Source: Octopus bimaculoides
Taxonomy: Eukaryota
Assembly (NCBI RefSeq): GCF_001194135.2
Contig: NC_068983.1
Location: forward strand, 24,083,328-24,122,731
DNA: 39,404 nucleotides
Direction: 5' to 3'
This document shows positions 11,842-22,620 of the stretch, one piece after another. Under the pieces are notes generated by a model. It was given only the letters and a program-made list of their open reading frames with translations, was not told the DNA's origin and searched no databases. The position numbers were made by a program, and so were the translations under genes. Each line of letters starts with the position of its first letter. Positions within the stretch are counted from its first letter, which is position 1.

Positions 11842-12549
11842 GATTGTGTGTGTGTGGATAAGTGGATAGATAAATATATGAATAGATAAATCCACTTATA
11901 TATTTATATATATACATATATGTGTGTGTATGTGAATAATATTGTATATAGGTGAATATTATTGTTAAGGTGAACATATATATATGTTTTTGCAACCACC
12001 TCTTCACCCTCAGGTTAATCTAATTTTAGACTGACCAAATTAAATGTGGTTAAGTTCACCACATTTACTTTAGTCAAGGATCAGTGCTTTACTACATTTT
12101 TGAGATATTATAGAAAATTGGTTGGATGAAAAAAAAAACATCATGATAAAATACGTATTCAAAAAAGTGGGAGTGTAACGCATGGATGCAAATTCTAAGC
12201 AGAATAGTTTCCTTTTTTTTTCTTTACTGCTTTTGTTTTTGTTCCCTTCAAAACTAAAAGATTTCAGTGAGAGGTATCTTATTCTATAAATGGCATCGAA
12301 GTTGGCATTGTAGGAAAAAAATCTTATAAAATAGTAATTGGTTAAATCCAAAAGGTAGTAAGGCCTAAATTCATCCTTAAGCCAGAATATCTGTTATTTA
12401 GATCTTCCTAAAGAGATCTAAATAAGAGGAATCTGATACTGAAAATCACATCAAAATTGGTTCATTAAGGATATACTTATGGGGTAAAAAGTAGTTGAAT
12501 TTGAGGGTATTAATCACTGGGGCATCGAACTATAGTAATGCCTTCATAC

Positions 12550-12587
<38 letters not shown>

Positions 12588-12854
12588 ATGTCTATGCATA
12601 CGTATATGTATGTATGTATGTATGTATGCATGCATACACACATAGATATATATCCATATAAATTGATATAAATATATAGTTAAAATTTACAGAAAAAAAA
12701 GATGAAGATAGGTGTATGAACAACAGGCAGGTGTATTACTTTGATGCTCGGGAAAGTGAGAAAGTCTTTTATGTTTCGAGCCTATGCTCTTCAACAGAAA
12801 GAAATAAGAGAAAATAAACAGAAAATGAATAAAAAAACTTGTGGATTTAGCAGT

Positions 12855-12935
<81 letters not shown>

Positions 12936-12940
12936 TATGT

Positions 12941-13097
12941 ACACAGGCATGGCTACCTGGTTAAGAAGCTTACTATTCGGCCATATAGTTTCAAGTTCAT
13001 TCCCATTGTGCAGCACCTTGGGAAAGAGTCTTGTACAATTGCCAATGGCTGACAATGCCTTATGAATGAAATTGGTAGATAGAAACTACATAAAAGC
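12941..13097 (+). mobile_element. Degenerate 5' half of SINE family B
   Basis: Resembles ggcgcaggagtggctgtgtggtaag...caccttgggcaag...gtagacggaaact. Confidence 0.65.
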
Positions 13098-13160
13098 TTA
13101 TCCACAACCCCTGCCCCTGAGCCTCTTTTATATTTCCCTCCATCATTTGTAACAATCACC

Positions 13161-13348
13161 TCAGTAAACAGTAAACATTGGATAAATTCAGCTTCTGTCT
13201 TTGGAGTAGAGATAAATATGTTGTTTGCCTTCCACTTTACCAATTCCACCAATAAACCCCTCTGCAACATGATCTGAAATGTCAGATTTATCTCTACTTT
13301 GAAGATGGAGGCTGGATTTATCCACTGCTTATTTGCTTCTATTACTGA
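13161..13348 (+). other. Long hairpin: 39-bp core stem (13179-13217 / 13286-13324) with 32 Watson-Crick and 7 G.U pairs, no mismatch on the + strand
   Basis: tggataaattcagcttctgtctttggagtagagataaat versus the reverse complement tggataaatccagcctccatcttcaaagtagagataaat. Outer pairing tcagtaa/ttactga. Confidence 0.9.
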
Positions 13349-13976
13349 TTGTATAATCTGGTGAACTACACCTGCCAACATTATGAAGTAACTCTGAGCC
13401 CCCAGAAACAGCTGTTGGACTTGTAGTACCATAGCTTCTCTCATTTAATTTTCACTGTTTTTTGTTTTTGTAGTGTGTAAGTAAGTTTTCTCTGTTAATA
13501 TATAAACATCCTTATATTCATACTTGAATGTTCATTGTCTGAAACTTTTCAGTCTTTGTGCAGTCTCTATTTACATGAATACATGTATATTTTAAATATC
13601 AAAGCCATGTTTTATTTAGTTGTTTATTCACATAATTGATTCCAAATCTGTTCAGTTGTATTCCTCTTATAGCTATTCTTTACCCTGTGGATTTGGTCCT
13701 TGGAAAAAAACTTTGAATATAAGTTAAATTTGAGTGCCACTAAGTGCTTTCTGTATTGAGAATCTTTGGATCTCATCTGTTGACTCTCTCCCTCTTTCTC
13801 TCTCTCTCCATATATATATATGTATGTATATATGTATTTATGTATGTATGTATGTATGTATGTATGTAGGTATGTAAGTACGTATGTATGTATGTATGTG
13901 TGTATGTATGTATGTATGTATCTATCTATCTATCTATCTCATCATCATCATCGTTTAACGTCCGCTTTCCATGCTA

Positions 13977-14056
<80 letters not shown>

Positions 14057-14060
14057 GTAT

Positions 14061-14095
<35 letters not shown>

Positions 14096-14195
14096 CACCT
14101 GTTTGTTGCTTATACACCTGTCTTAGCCCTTTGTTTTTTGTGAATTCCAACTATATATATATATATATATATGCATATGTGTATATATGCATATA

Positions 14196-14254
<59 letters not shown>

Positions 14255-14336
14255 TTGTATATATATATATGTATATATAAATGTATGCATATCTTTTCAA
14301 AGTGTACAAACAAGATGGTTAAAAATAAATAGTTAC

Positions 14337-14401
14337 CAGGGTAGCAGAAAGTCCACATAAGTACCAAGGAGGTTGCAGCCTACTTATAAAGGTAAAAATT
14401 T
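14337..14401 (-). CDS. Candidate 65-nt coding exon ([22 protein letters not shown]), phase 1 to 0
   Basis: Acceptor tttctttatttatctgttatag and donor CTG|gtaact; a single open frame. Confidence 0.4.
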
Positions 14402-14469
14402 CTATAACAGATAAATAAAGAAATGGAGTTAATCGCAGGTGTTATTAAAATTTTTATACTTCTGACATA

Positions 14470-14695
14470 TGTTTCAAAGAAAACAATGGTATTATTCCAG
14501 TAGCATAAAAATCCTGCGTTCTGGTGGTGATGAAATTGTTGAAGGAGTGTTGGGCATAGACATGGTTTTTTAAGCATTTCTCACGCAGAAAATTGTTGAG
14601 ATGCTTGAAAAGTGGTAGTCAGTAGACGAGAGGACTGGTGAGTATGGCGGATGGGACAGAGTTTCATAGCCCAATTCGTTCAACTTCTGCAGGGT
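14470..14695 (-). pseudogene. Mariner-family transposase C-terminal relic
   Basis: LQKLNELGYETLSHPPYSPVLSSTDYHF (HPPYSPDL motif), followed by a frameshifted remainder. Confidence 0.85.
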
Positions 14696-14890
14696 CAAAT
14701 TCGATTTAGCAATACTAAATCAAATTTCCTAATATAAAATATATGTATATAATTTAAAGAAAAACCACTATTAAATAATTCAACAAAGAAGAATTAAACT
14801 CACACCCTCCAGAAAACAGATATATCACAAAAACCTTATTCAAAAAAATCAATAAAATACAAAAAGAATAACTAGTAAATGGTATAAAAT

Positions 14891-15018
14891 GACTACGCAC
14901 GTTTCGTGGCTATATTTTCAAGTAGATAACTACTAAAACCTATTCAATTAATAATTCTATTAATAATCAAATCGATCTACAGTTAAATCTATTCAAAAAT
15001 ATAGTCACTCGTCAGGTC
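14891..15018 (-). ncRNA. Type I hammerhead ribozyme (Penelope-type) with an extended stem II
   Basis: The minus strand reads gac-CTGACGA-gtgactatatttt...aaaatatagccac-GAAAC-gtgc-GTA-gtc. All core nucleotides are present. Stem I is 3 bp, stem II about 22 bp, and stem III 2-3 bp. Confidence 0.75.
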
Positions 15019-15979
15019 TAAAATAAAAATAATTTAAAAAAATATATATATAAAATTTTATATATATATATATATATAATTATATATATATGTATATATC
15101 TATGTAATTATATATATATATTTATGTATATGTATATATATATATATATGATTATATATATGCATATGTGTGTGTATATGTATATATATATATATATGTA
15201 CATATGTATATATGTGTATATATATACACACACACACACACATACATGTGTGTATGTGTGTGTGTATGTATGTGTGTTTATATATGTATACATATTCAGT
15301 TTGTTTATTTTTCCAGTGTTATTTTGTTTAAGTAATTTTATACAATATTACATTATTGCTCTGAAATTGAATTATTTTTTTATATTTTAACCTTTTGTTA
15401 AACTTTGCACAAAGCAATATTTTTGCTATATTTATAAAATATTTCCTACTATAATAGCTCATTTGTGAATTTTGATTTTTAATGTTAAAATCTATAGCTC
15501 AAGTACTTTTAATGTAGAAATTTCCACCTAGAGAGAATGAATTTGCATTTTTTACAGCCCTTTGCTTGATCTTTATAAGTTCTTCTTCTAATTTGTTACA
15601 ATATCAGTATTTGGAAAACCAGTGGTGTGTATGTACAATTTATATACACATCTCTGCAAGAAACATGATCACAAGATCAAGCATAGAATTTGGTTAGTTT
15701 TCTGTGATGTTCATATATTGGAGTCATGTGACTGTATGAAGGATAACTGTGCTAAAATTTAAGGTTGTGTTAGGCCAGTGAATTTGTCATGTGACAGTAT
15801 AAACCACAGGTTGTGAGAATAGCTAAAAACAGAGTAGTGGATTGCTTGCTTGTTTGTGAGTGACAGAATTTTGTATGTTTGTATGTATGTGTATATTTGG
15901 TTGTCTATGTGTTTGTGTGTGAGTGTTGACTGCAATCTTTGTGAATGTATCTTTTCAATATATTGTTGTAGCTCCTTCA

Positions 15980-16220
15980 GTCATGAGTTGTATTTTTTAA
16001 TAAACTTTTTCTGTTTTTTTGCATTTGAACTTTGCTTTTGTCAGAAAATGGCAAATTGGAGAGACTAGGAATTCTGGTGATTCACTTGATGCCCATAAAT
16101 TTAAATGTTCATGTAATGGAATCTGTCTAGTCTTTGGAGCTAGCATTTGGTGCTGATAAACAGTTAGTCTGTTTCTCAGACTAAGTTTTGTTTGTCCTAT
16201 GTAATCTTTGTTATGTTTCT
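15980..16220 (-). pseudogene. Penelope-like element GIY-YIG endonuclease fragment
   Basis: HNKDYIGQTKLSLRNRLTVYQHQMLAPKTRQIPLHEHL contains YIGQT, the catalytic-position Arg and the His typical of PLE GIY-YIG domains. Confidence 0.8.
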
Positions 16221-16612
16221 CTTTTACTCTTTTACTTGTTTCAGTCATTTGACTGTGGCCATGCTGGAGCACCGCTTTTAGTCGAGCAAATCGACCCTGG
16301 GACTTATTCTTTGTAAGCCTAGTACTTATTCTATCGGTCTCTTTTGCCGAACTGCTAAATTACGGGGACATAAACACACCAGCATCGGTTGTCAAGCGAT
16401 GTTGGGGGACAAACACAGACACACAAACACACACACACATATACATATATATACATATATATGACAGGCTACTTTCAGTTTCCGTCTACCAAATCCACTC
16501 ACAAGGCTTTGGTTGATCCGAGGCTATAGTAGAAGACACTTACCCAAGATGTCACACAGTGGGACTGAACCCGGAACCATGTGGTTGGTAAGCAAGCCAC
16601 TCCTGCACCTAT
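16215..16612 (-). mobile_element. Near full-length SINE family B (tRNA head, microsatellite linker, (GAGTAAAA)n tail)
   Basis: Reverse complement of the 33142-33570 copy. Confidence 0.9.
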
Positions 16613-17106
16613 GTCTATTACATTTAATTTCAGAAATCAATTATATTTTTGACAAACAGGTGAAGTGATTTTCCTTTTTTTTTACAGTAAAAATATGTCT
16701 AGGTTTAATATTGTAAGACGTTTCTTCTATAAGATCGAAGAAGATTCCGCAGTTAAGATTTCACACCTTTTGATTATTGGTTCTAAACAAAATTCAGTTT
16801 GGAAATTGAACTGTTGCAGTTATGGGTGAATTCCAATGAACAGAACCCAAATCATTTGGAAGTGAAAATTTCAAACAAAGCCAAAGACTTACTTAATGAT
16901 AACAGCAATAAATTATCGGAGAGAGGAATATGAAAACAAAGACTTAACACCACATCAGAGATGGGAGAAAAGTGCATTAATTGGTTCAGTGATTATGAAA
17001 CTAAATTTGAGAAAAGTATTATATTGATAACTCATTCTTAAAGAAAAATCTACAAATCTTCACAATCTCAGAAGATGTTAATGATTTTCAATTTCAACTG
17101 ATTCAC

Positions 17107-17139
<33 letters not shown>

Positions 17140-17403
17140 ATGTTAATTTGCACTTTTGGGTGCAGAAGAAAACCAATATCAAGTTTCGATATCAGACAAA
17201 GATGCAGGGTCAGCTAACCTGACCTAGGAAGTAATCTTTCATGTTTTATTTCTTTTTAATTATATCTTGTTTTAATTATTGCATGCTTTATTTTACATCT
17301 ATTTATTTCTGTACAAGTAATTGTGCTTTAAAAATGTTGCTTCATCTATTTATATATTATATAGTGTCTTTCCTTCCTCTTCCCTCACCTTTGTATAACT
17401 TAC

Positions 17404-17487
17404 CAGCCATGTACCCCCTATTTCTTTCTTTATGAATACTCTAGTGAACATCATGTACTTTTCTGTAGTTTTTAAAATTACTTGTGG
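17404..17487 (-). CDS. Candidate 84-nt coding exon (PQVILKTTEKYMMFTRVFIKKEIGGTWL), phase 0 to 0
   Basis: Acceptor tatttgcttttttag and donor CTG|gtaagt; only one open frame. Confidence 0.45.
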
Positions 17488-17507
17488 CTAAAAAAGCAAA
17501 TAGTATA

Positions 17508-17572
17508 ATCATCATCATCATTGTCGTCGCCATTGTTGTTGTCGTCATCAGTATTACTATTATTAATATCAC

Positions 17573-17605
<33 letters not shown>

Positions 17606-17637
17606 TATCATCATCTTATTTTTACACAACAAACTAA

Positions 17638-17694
<57 letters not shown>

Positions 17695-17779
17695 TATTAT
17701 CATTATCATTATTATTATTATTGTTGTTGTTGTTATCATTTTATATACACACTTTAGATTAGACTATTGATCGTTATTA

Positions 17780-17838
<59 letters not shown>
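17508..17838. repeat. Compound trinucleotide microsatellite (ATC)n/(ATT)n/(GTT)n
   Basis: Direct inspection. Confidence 0.97.
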
Positions 17839-18674
17839 TTGGTTTCTTTTTTCATTTCATGATAGAAATATTTTTATTGATGCTAGAATGATACTAATTG
17901 TTAACTTTTAAAGTGATTGAATTAAAGAAGTCTGCCAGTAAACTCAAACAGATTTCTTTTTGTACAGCAAGTATTATTTTTATTTAAAATGCTGCTAGGG
18001 ACAGACATTGCCATTCCACTTTTTTGAAAGAATAAACTAAGAACTAATAATACGTTGGTATTAACTGAATCAGCAATAACTTCAACCTTAAAAATAATTT
18101 CCATGCCAACAGAAATCTTTATTACTGTGTTCTGTCACTTGAAAAGACAATGGTATATGAAATCTTCTTTTTTTTTTTTTTATAGATTCTAGAATTATTT
18201 TGCATAGCTGAAATGTCCACCAATAAAGATACAAAGTACAGAAATAGGTTATATTTGATATTCTTGAATGAATTATTTATTTTCTTTGTGTGTGAAATAT
18301 GACACTTGGCTCTTCTCGCTTTACAGTTGTCCTTGTCACCAAACATATTTTGTCCCTGATAAAGCATCATAATATACCAGGAAATTTTAATAAATAGAAA
18401 CATCTTTGATATGAAAATATTGGCAAGTTTGAGGTTAATAACACTCTGCCTGGTGATGTATTTGGTTTTAAGGAGGAACCTTTATGTCAAGCAAGTTTGT
18501 GAAGTCCAAGCTTGATTTACAAGCTGTTGAAAATTTCAGCCTGATTGCGCTGATTTGCAAACTGGATCAAGAAATGGAACGATCATGAGACATCTGTGCA
18601 CCATTGGATTCAAGTGACAAAAGCTTGTGCAACACTTTGCCACTCTCTCAGTAACCATAGAAGATTCTAGTGAC

Positions 18675-18984
18675 CAGTAGTGTAACCTGCTTCTAAAGTT
18701 GCAGGGAGTGAGTACATAAATAAAGAGTCACAGTGGCACATACCCAACAATTTTAACTCAATTCTCTTATATTACATGGAATATTTCATTAGTTATAATA
18801 CATGTAATTTTATTCTACATTCGCATGAGTGGCTGTGTGGTAAGTAGCTTGCTTGCCAACCACATGGTTCTGGGTTCAGTCCCACTGCATGGCATCTTGG
18901 GCAAGTGTCTTCTACTATAGCCTCAGGCTGACCAAAGCCTTGTGAGTGGATTTGGTAGACGGAAAGTGAAAGAAGCCCATCGAA

Positions 18985-19023
<39 letters not shown>

Positions 19024-19671
19024 NNNNNNNNNNNNNNNNNNNNNNNNNNNNNNNNNNNNNNNNNNNNNNNNNNNNNNNNNNNNNNNNNNNNNNNNNNNNN
19101 NNNNNNNNNNNNNNNNNNNNNNNNNGGTGTGCTTATGTCCCCGTAACTTAGCGGTTCAGTAAAAGAGGCCAATAAAATAAGTATTAGGCTTACGAAGAAT
19201 AAGTCCCGGGGTCGATTTGCTTGACTAAAGGCAGTGCTCCTGCATGGCCACAGTCAAAAGACTGAAACAAGTAAAAGAGTAAAGAGTAAAAGAGTATTCA
19301 TTAATTTCACATTTCAGTAACAATGTCATTATATATGAAACTTACTGCTACTGATATAGGTGTGATGCGAAAAAGATGAAACTTCACAGGATTGTCCAGT
19401 GTCAAAAGGTTATGATGTCAAGGTTTGTTTTGACTCTTTAGATGTCAATGACCACTAACACATCACAGGAAATTGAGCCGACAGTTCAAAAACATGGGAA
19501 GTCAGTTGCAATAAAGTAATGGTTCAGAAGGCCATGTGATTGACAAATAAAAAGAGATTTGATTTTTATTACACAAGTGAACTAAGGAGTTTTAAAAATT
19601 GCTGAAAAGCCACCAATTTTGAAAAAAAAGTTACTTATGGGAAGTGGCTGCTCCCCCTTGCTACATCATTG
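18675..19671 (+). mobile_element. Non-autonomous hAT-like transposon with both TIRs and an 8-bp TSD, interrupted by a SINE
   Basis: The ends cagtagtgtaacc and gctacatcattg are decayed CAGTGGCGTAGC. The flanks ctagtgac (18667-74) and ccagtgac (19672-79) match at 7/8. Confidence 0.8.
18823..19295 (+). mobile_element. SINE family B nested in the hAT element, ATTC duplicated
   Basis: Full head-to-tail copy spanning an N-gap. The empty site is visible in the paralogous copy at 10631-10647. Confidence 0.9.
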
Positions 19672-19844
19672 CCAGTGACAACCATTGCAAGATGATTAGT
19701 ACTATTTTGACTGCAAATTTTATGTTAGAGTATCTTTCTCCTAGAAGAGTTACCATCCACACAACTTTGGCAAAAATAATAATGATTCTTTTATCCCTGA
19801 GAAATATATTTAACCCATAAATAAGGCCTGATAAAATAAAAGAG

Positions 19845-20440
19845 CCATCAAATATTGTGTGCAAGAGAGAAGACAGCACTGGTTTGGTCATATCATGTGT
19901 ATGGATGAGGAGAGCAGTGTGAAGAAGAGCCAAGCTCTAATTGTAGAGGGTTCTTGTGGAAGGGGTAGACACAGGGAAGATGTGATATGAAGTGATGATG
20001 AAAAAAGATCTTTGGACACTGAGCCTCACTGAGGAAATGACAAAAGGACCAGAAGATGTGGCAATTTGCTGTACTTGATAAAAAAAGTCAAGCTAAGTAA
20101 AATCACTGTCTTCTGCACATACAGGCTTGTCCTTTTCAGTGCCAGTGCCACTTAAAAGGCACTTGTGCTAGTGCTGTATTAACGCACTCATACCAGTGCC
20201 TGCATACACACCTTATTGCGTGTGGCAAGTAAAAAACACTCAACACACTCTAGCAAGTGGTTGGCATCAGGAAAGGCATCAGGAAAGTGGTTGGCATCAG
20301 GAAACCATAGCACCGCAGACAGCTGGAGTCTGGACAGCACCCTGCTAGCCAGCTCCATGTCAAACTGTCCAATCTATGCCAGCATTGAAAGCAGATGTTA
20401 AATGACGACGACGACGACGACGATGATGATGATGATGATA
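19845..20440 (+). mobile_element. RTE LINE 3' fragment: ORF end, 3' UTR and (GAC/GAT)n tail
   Basis: ERRQHWFGHIMCMDEESSVKKSQALIVEGSCGRGR matches the RTE RLRWFGHV..GRGRP pattern; microsatellite tail. Confidence 0.8.
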
Positions 20441-20466
20441 TACATTTATAGGCTCCACATCCAAAT

Positions 20467-20533
20467 GTATTGAAGGTTCCAAGTTGGGTGAAGAATAAAT
20501 AATAACAACCACCCAACTTGGAACCTTCAATAC
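20467..20533. ncRNA. Perfect 24-bp hairpin with a 19-nt loop; pre-miRNA-sized (67 nt); function unproven
   Basis: gtattgaaggttccaagttgggtg and cacccaacttggaaccttcaatac are exact reverse complements. The confidence given is for the ncRNA interpretation; the inverted repeat itself is certain. Confidence 0.35.
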
Positions 20534-20619
20534 GATGGTGCAATAGCTGCAGTGAGTGTACCCAGGTACGATTTTGATTGCATGTCATGTGTCCAGTTAG
20601 CCATTTGTGAATGACTGCA

Positions 20620-20800
20620 TATAATATGTGACAATTATTCGGTAGCCATGAAAAAACTCCGAGTTTCGGATGTCAGGGTGGAAACCCACACCGCTATCTC
20701 TTCAGTCATCTGGCCATCGAAAAAATGCTATGAAAATGACCGTTAAACAAAGGGAAATTACTGTGTGATTGACCGTTATTAAGACAAAAGAACTATTAAA
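20620..20800 (-). mobile_element. Penelope-like terminal repeat copy with a hammerhead-like motif (20645-20714)
   Basis: Inverted homologue of 2380-2565. The minus strand reads gccagatga-CTGAAGA-gat...atcc-GAAAC-tcgga-GTT-ttttcatggc. Confidence 0.6.
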
Positions 20801-20821
20801 ATGATATATATACATATATAT

Positions 20822-20965
20822 GACAGGCTTCTTTCAGTTTCCATCTACCAAATCGGCTAGAGGCTATAGTAGAAGACACTTGCCCAAGGTGCCATGCAGT
20901 GGGACTGAACCTGGAACTATGTAGTTGGGAAGCAATCTTCTTACCACACAGCCACTCCTGCACTT
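20822..20965 (-). mobile_element. SINE family B 5' half
   Basis: Sequence similarity to 33142-33310. Confidence 0.8.
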
Positions 20966-21124
20966 ATACGTATATATAAGTGTGTATAAATATATATGTG
21001 TATATGTGTGTGTATGTATGTGTGTGTGTGTGTGTGTGTGTGCATTCATGTATGTGTTACTGTTTCCTGTCTCCTTGTCTTCACATTGCATGATAGTTGT
21101 AAATGTGTCACCATAATGCAAGCA

Positions 21125-21312
21125 GTGTCCTTCATTTCCAATATCCTTTGAAAACCTGTCTGGTCATTGAGAGATATTACCTTACTTGGAAACAGGTAAG
21201 GGTTGATGACAGGAGGGGCATCCAACCATAGAAAATCCACCTAGGTAAACTCTGTCCAACCCATGCTAGCATGGAAAAGTGGACATTAAAATCATGTCTG
21301 TGATGATGATGA
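21125..21312 (-). mobile_element. RTE-type 3' tail repeat
   Basis: Contains ctgtccaacccatgctagcatggaaaagtggacattaaa and a (gat)n tail; a composite with SINE-like sequence. Confidence 0.55.
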
Positions 21313-21413
21313 CATATATACATATGTGCATATATGTATAAATGTATGTATATATATATATGTATACACATACATACATACATACATAGATGCATACATA
21401 CATACATGCATAC

Positions 21414-21444
<31 letters not shown>

Positions 21445-22101
21445 CATGCATACATACATATATCTATGTATATATATATGTTATATTACTATACAATGAA
21501 ATTAACCATATATATAATTTTGTTGTCATATTCAATTTTCTTGTAGTATTTATATGCAAGCTTGTAGTTTTATCGAACTTTAGAATGTTACTGAAATCAA
21601 TGAAAGAATATTTGACAAAAGAATTGTTTTGTTCTCTGAATTTTGAACAGAAAATTCATATTTATAGAGTAGTTGTTATTTCTGAAATAGGTGCAAGGTC
21701 TCAGATTTATATGGGCAAGGAAATAGCGAGAGTTAGGATAATTATATATATCCCAAAAGCATGAAGGACAAAAGTTAGGTGATATTTGGGTCACTGGCTT
21801 AGTTCAGTCTGGGTTTATCTTTGTTCGTAACTGTTATTTTATTCCTAGTCTTTTTAAGTATTATTTAACTGAATCAAACAATACAAGTAGAAAAGCTATT
21901 GAAGTAAGCTTGAGGTTTATAGAAAACAATGGGACAATGTAATAGCCTGTGATGAAATATTAAAATTATGTATGTTTAAATAATCAGTTTTTGAAATTAT
22001 TTTTATGGTTTAGTCAGAAAAGAAATAGCAGCACTTATGGTATGCAGAACTGGTAGGGGAATGGGAGATGAAGAAAATGGAGACTTGGTCTCAATACTTA
22101 C

Positions 22102-22179
22102 AGTAGAGTTGACTCCACTAAAGGCATCAAAGAGCCAGATAATGTTAAACAGGCTAATTTTGAGATGCATAAGTTTAAA
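22102..22179 (-). CDS. Candidate 78-nt coding exon (FKLMHLKISLFNIIWLFDAFSGVNST), phase 0 to 0
   Basis: Acceptor gggcttttgactacag and donor ACT|gtaagt. Open in phase 0 and compatible with the neighbouring candidates. Confidence 0.4.
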
Positions 22180-22299
22180 CTGTAGTCAAAAGCCCAAAAT
22201 TAAACATTTGTGACAGTATAAATTCAGAAAAGTGAAAATATTCTTGTATAAAATGGACTTTTATCTTCTATCTTCTATGTATCACAGTTATTGGACTCA

Positions 22300-22620
22300 A
22301 GGTTTAGTTGAACAAGTAATGTCCAGTGCTTATTTTCGTATCAAATTATTCTATCAGTAACTTTTGCTGAACTGATAAGTTACAGGAATGTAAACAAACA
22401 CCACTGGTTGTCATGCATATATAAATTTGTGTGTGTATATATATGTATGCTTGTATATGTTTATATATATATTTGGTTGGCTCAAAGCTATAGTAGAGGA
22501 CACTTGCCCAAGGTGCCATGCAGCGGGACTGAACCTAGAACTATGCAGTTCGTAAGCAAGCTACTTACCACTGAGCCACTCCTGCACCTATACACAACCA
22601 CTCCTGCGCCTATGTATATA
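22300..22620 (-). mobile_element. Degenerate SINE family B
   Basis: Contains ctatagtagaggacacttgcccaaggtgccatgcagcgggactgaac. Confidence 0.7.

Noticed and set aside
12394-12425. 12-bp hairpin, and also the 18-nt palindrome at about 36259-36276
   Set aside because: These are too short and AT-rich to exceed chance expectation in 39 kb.
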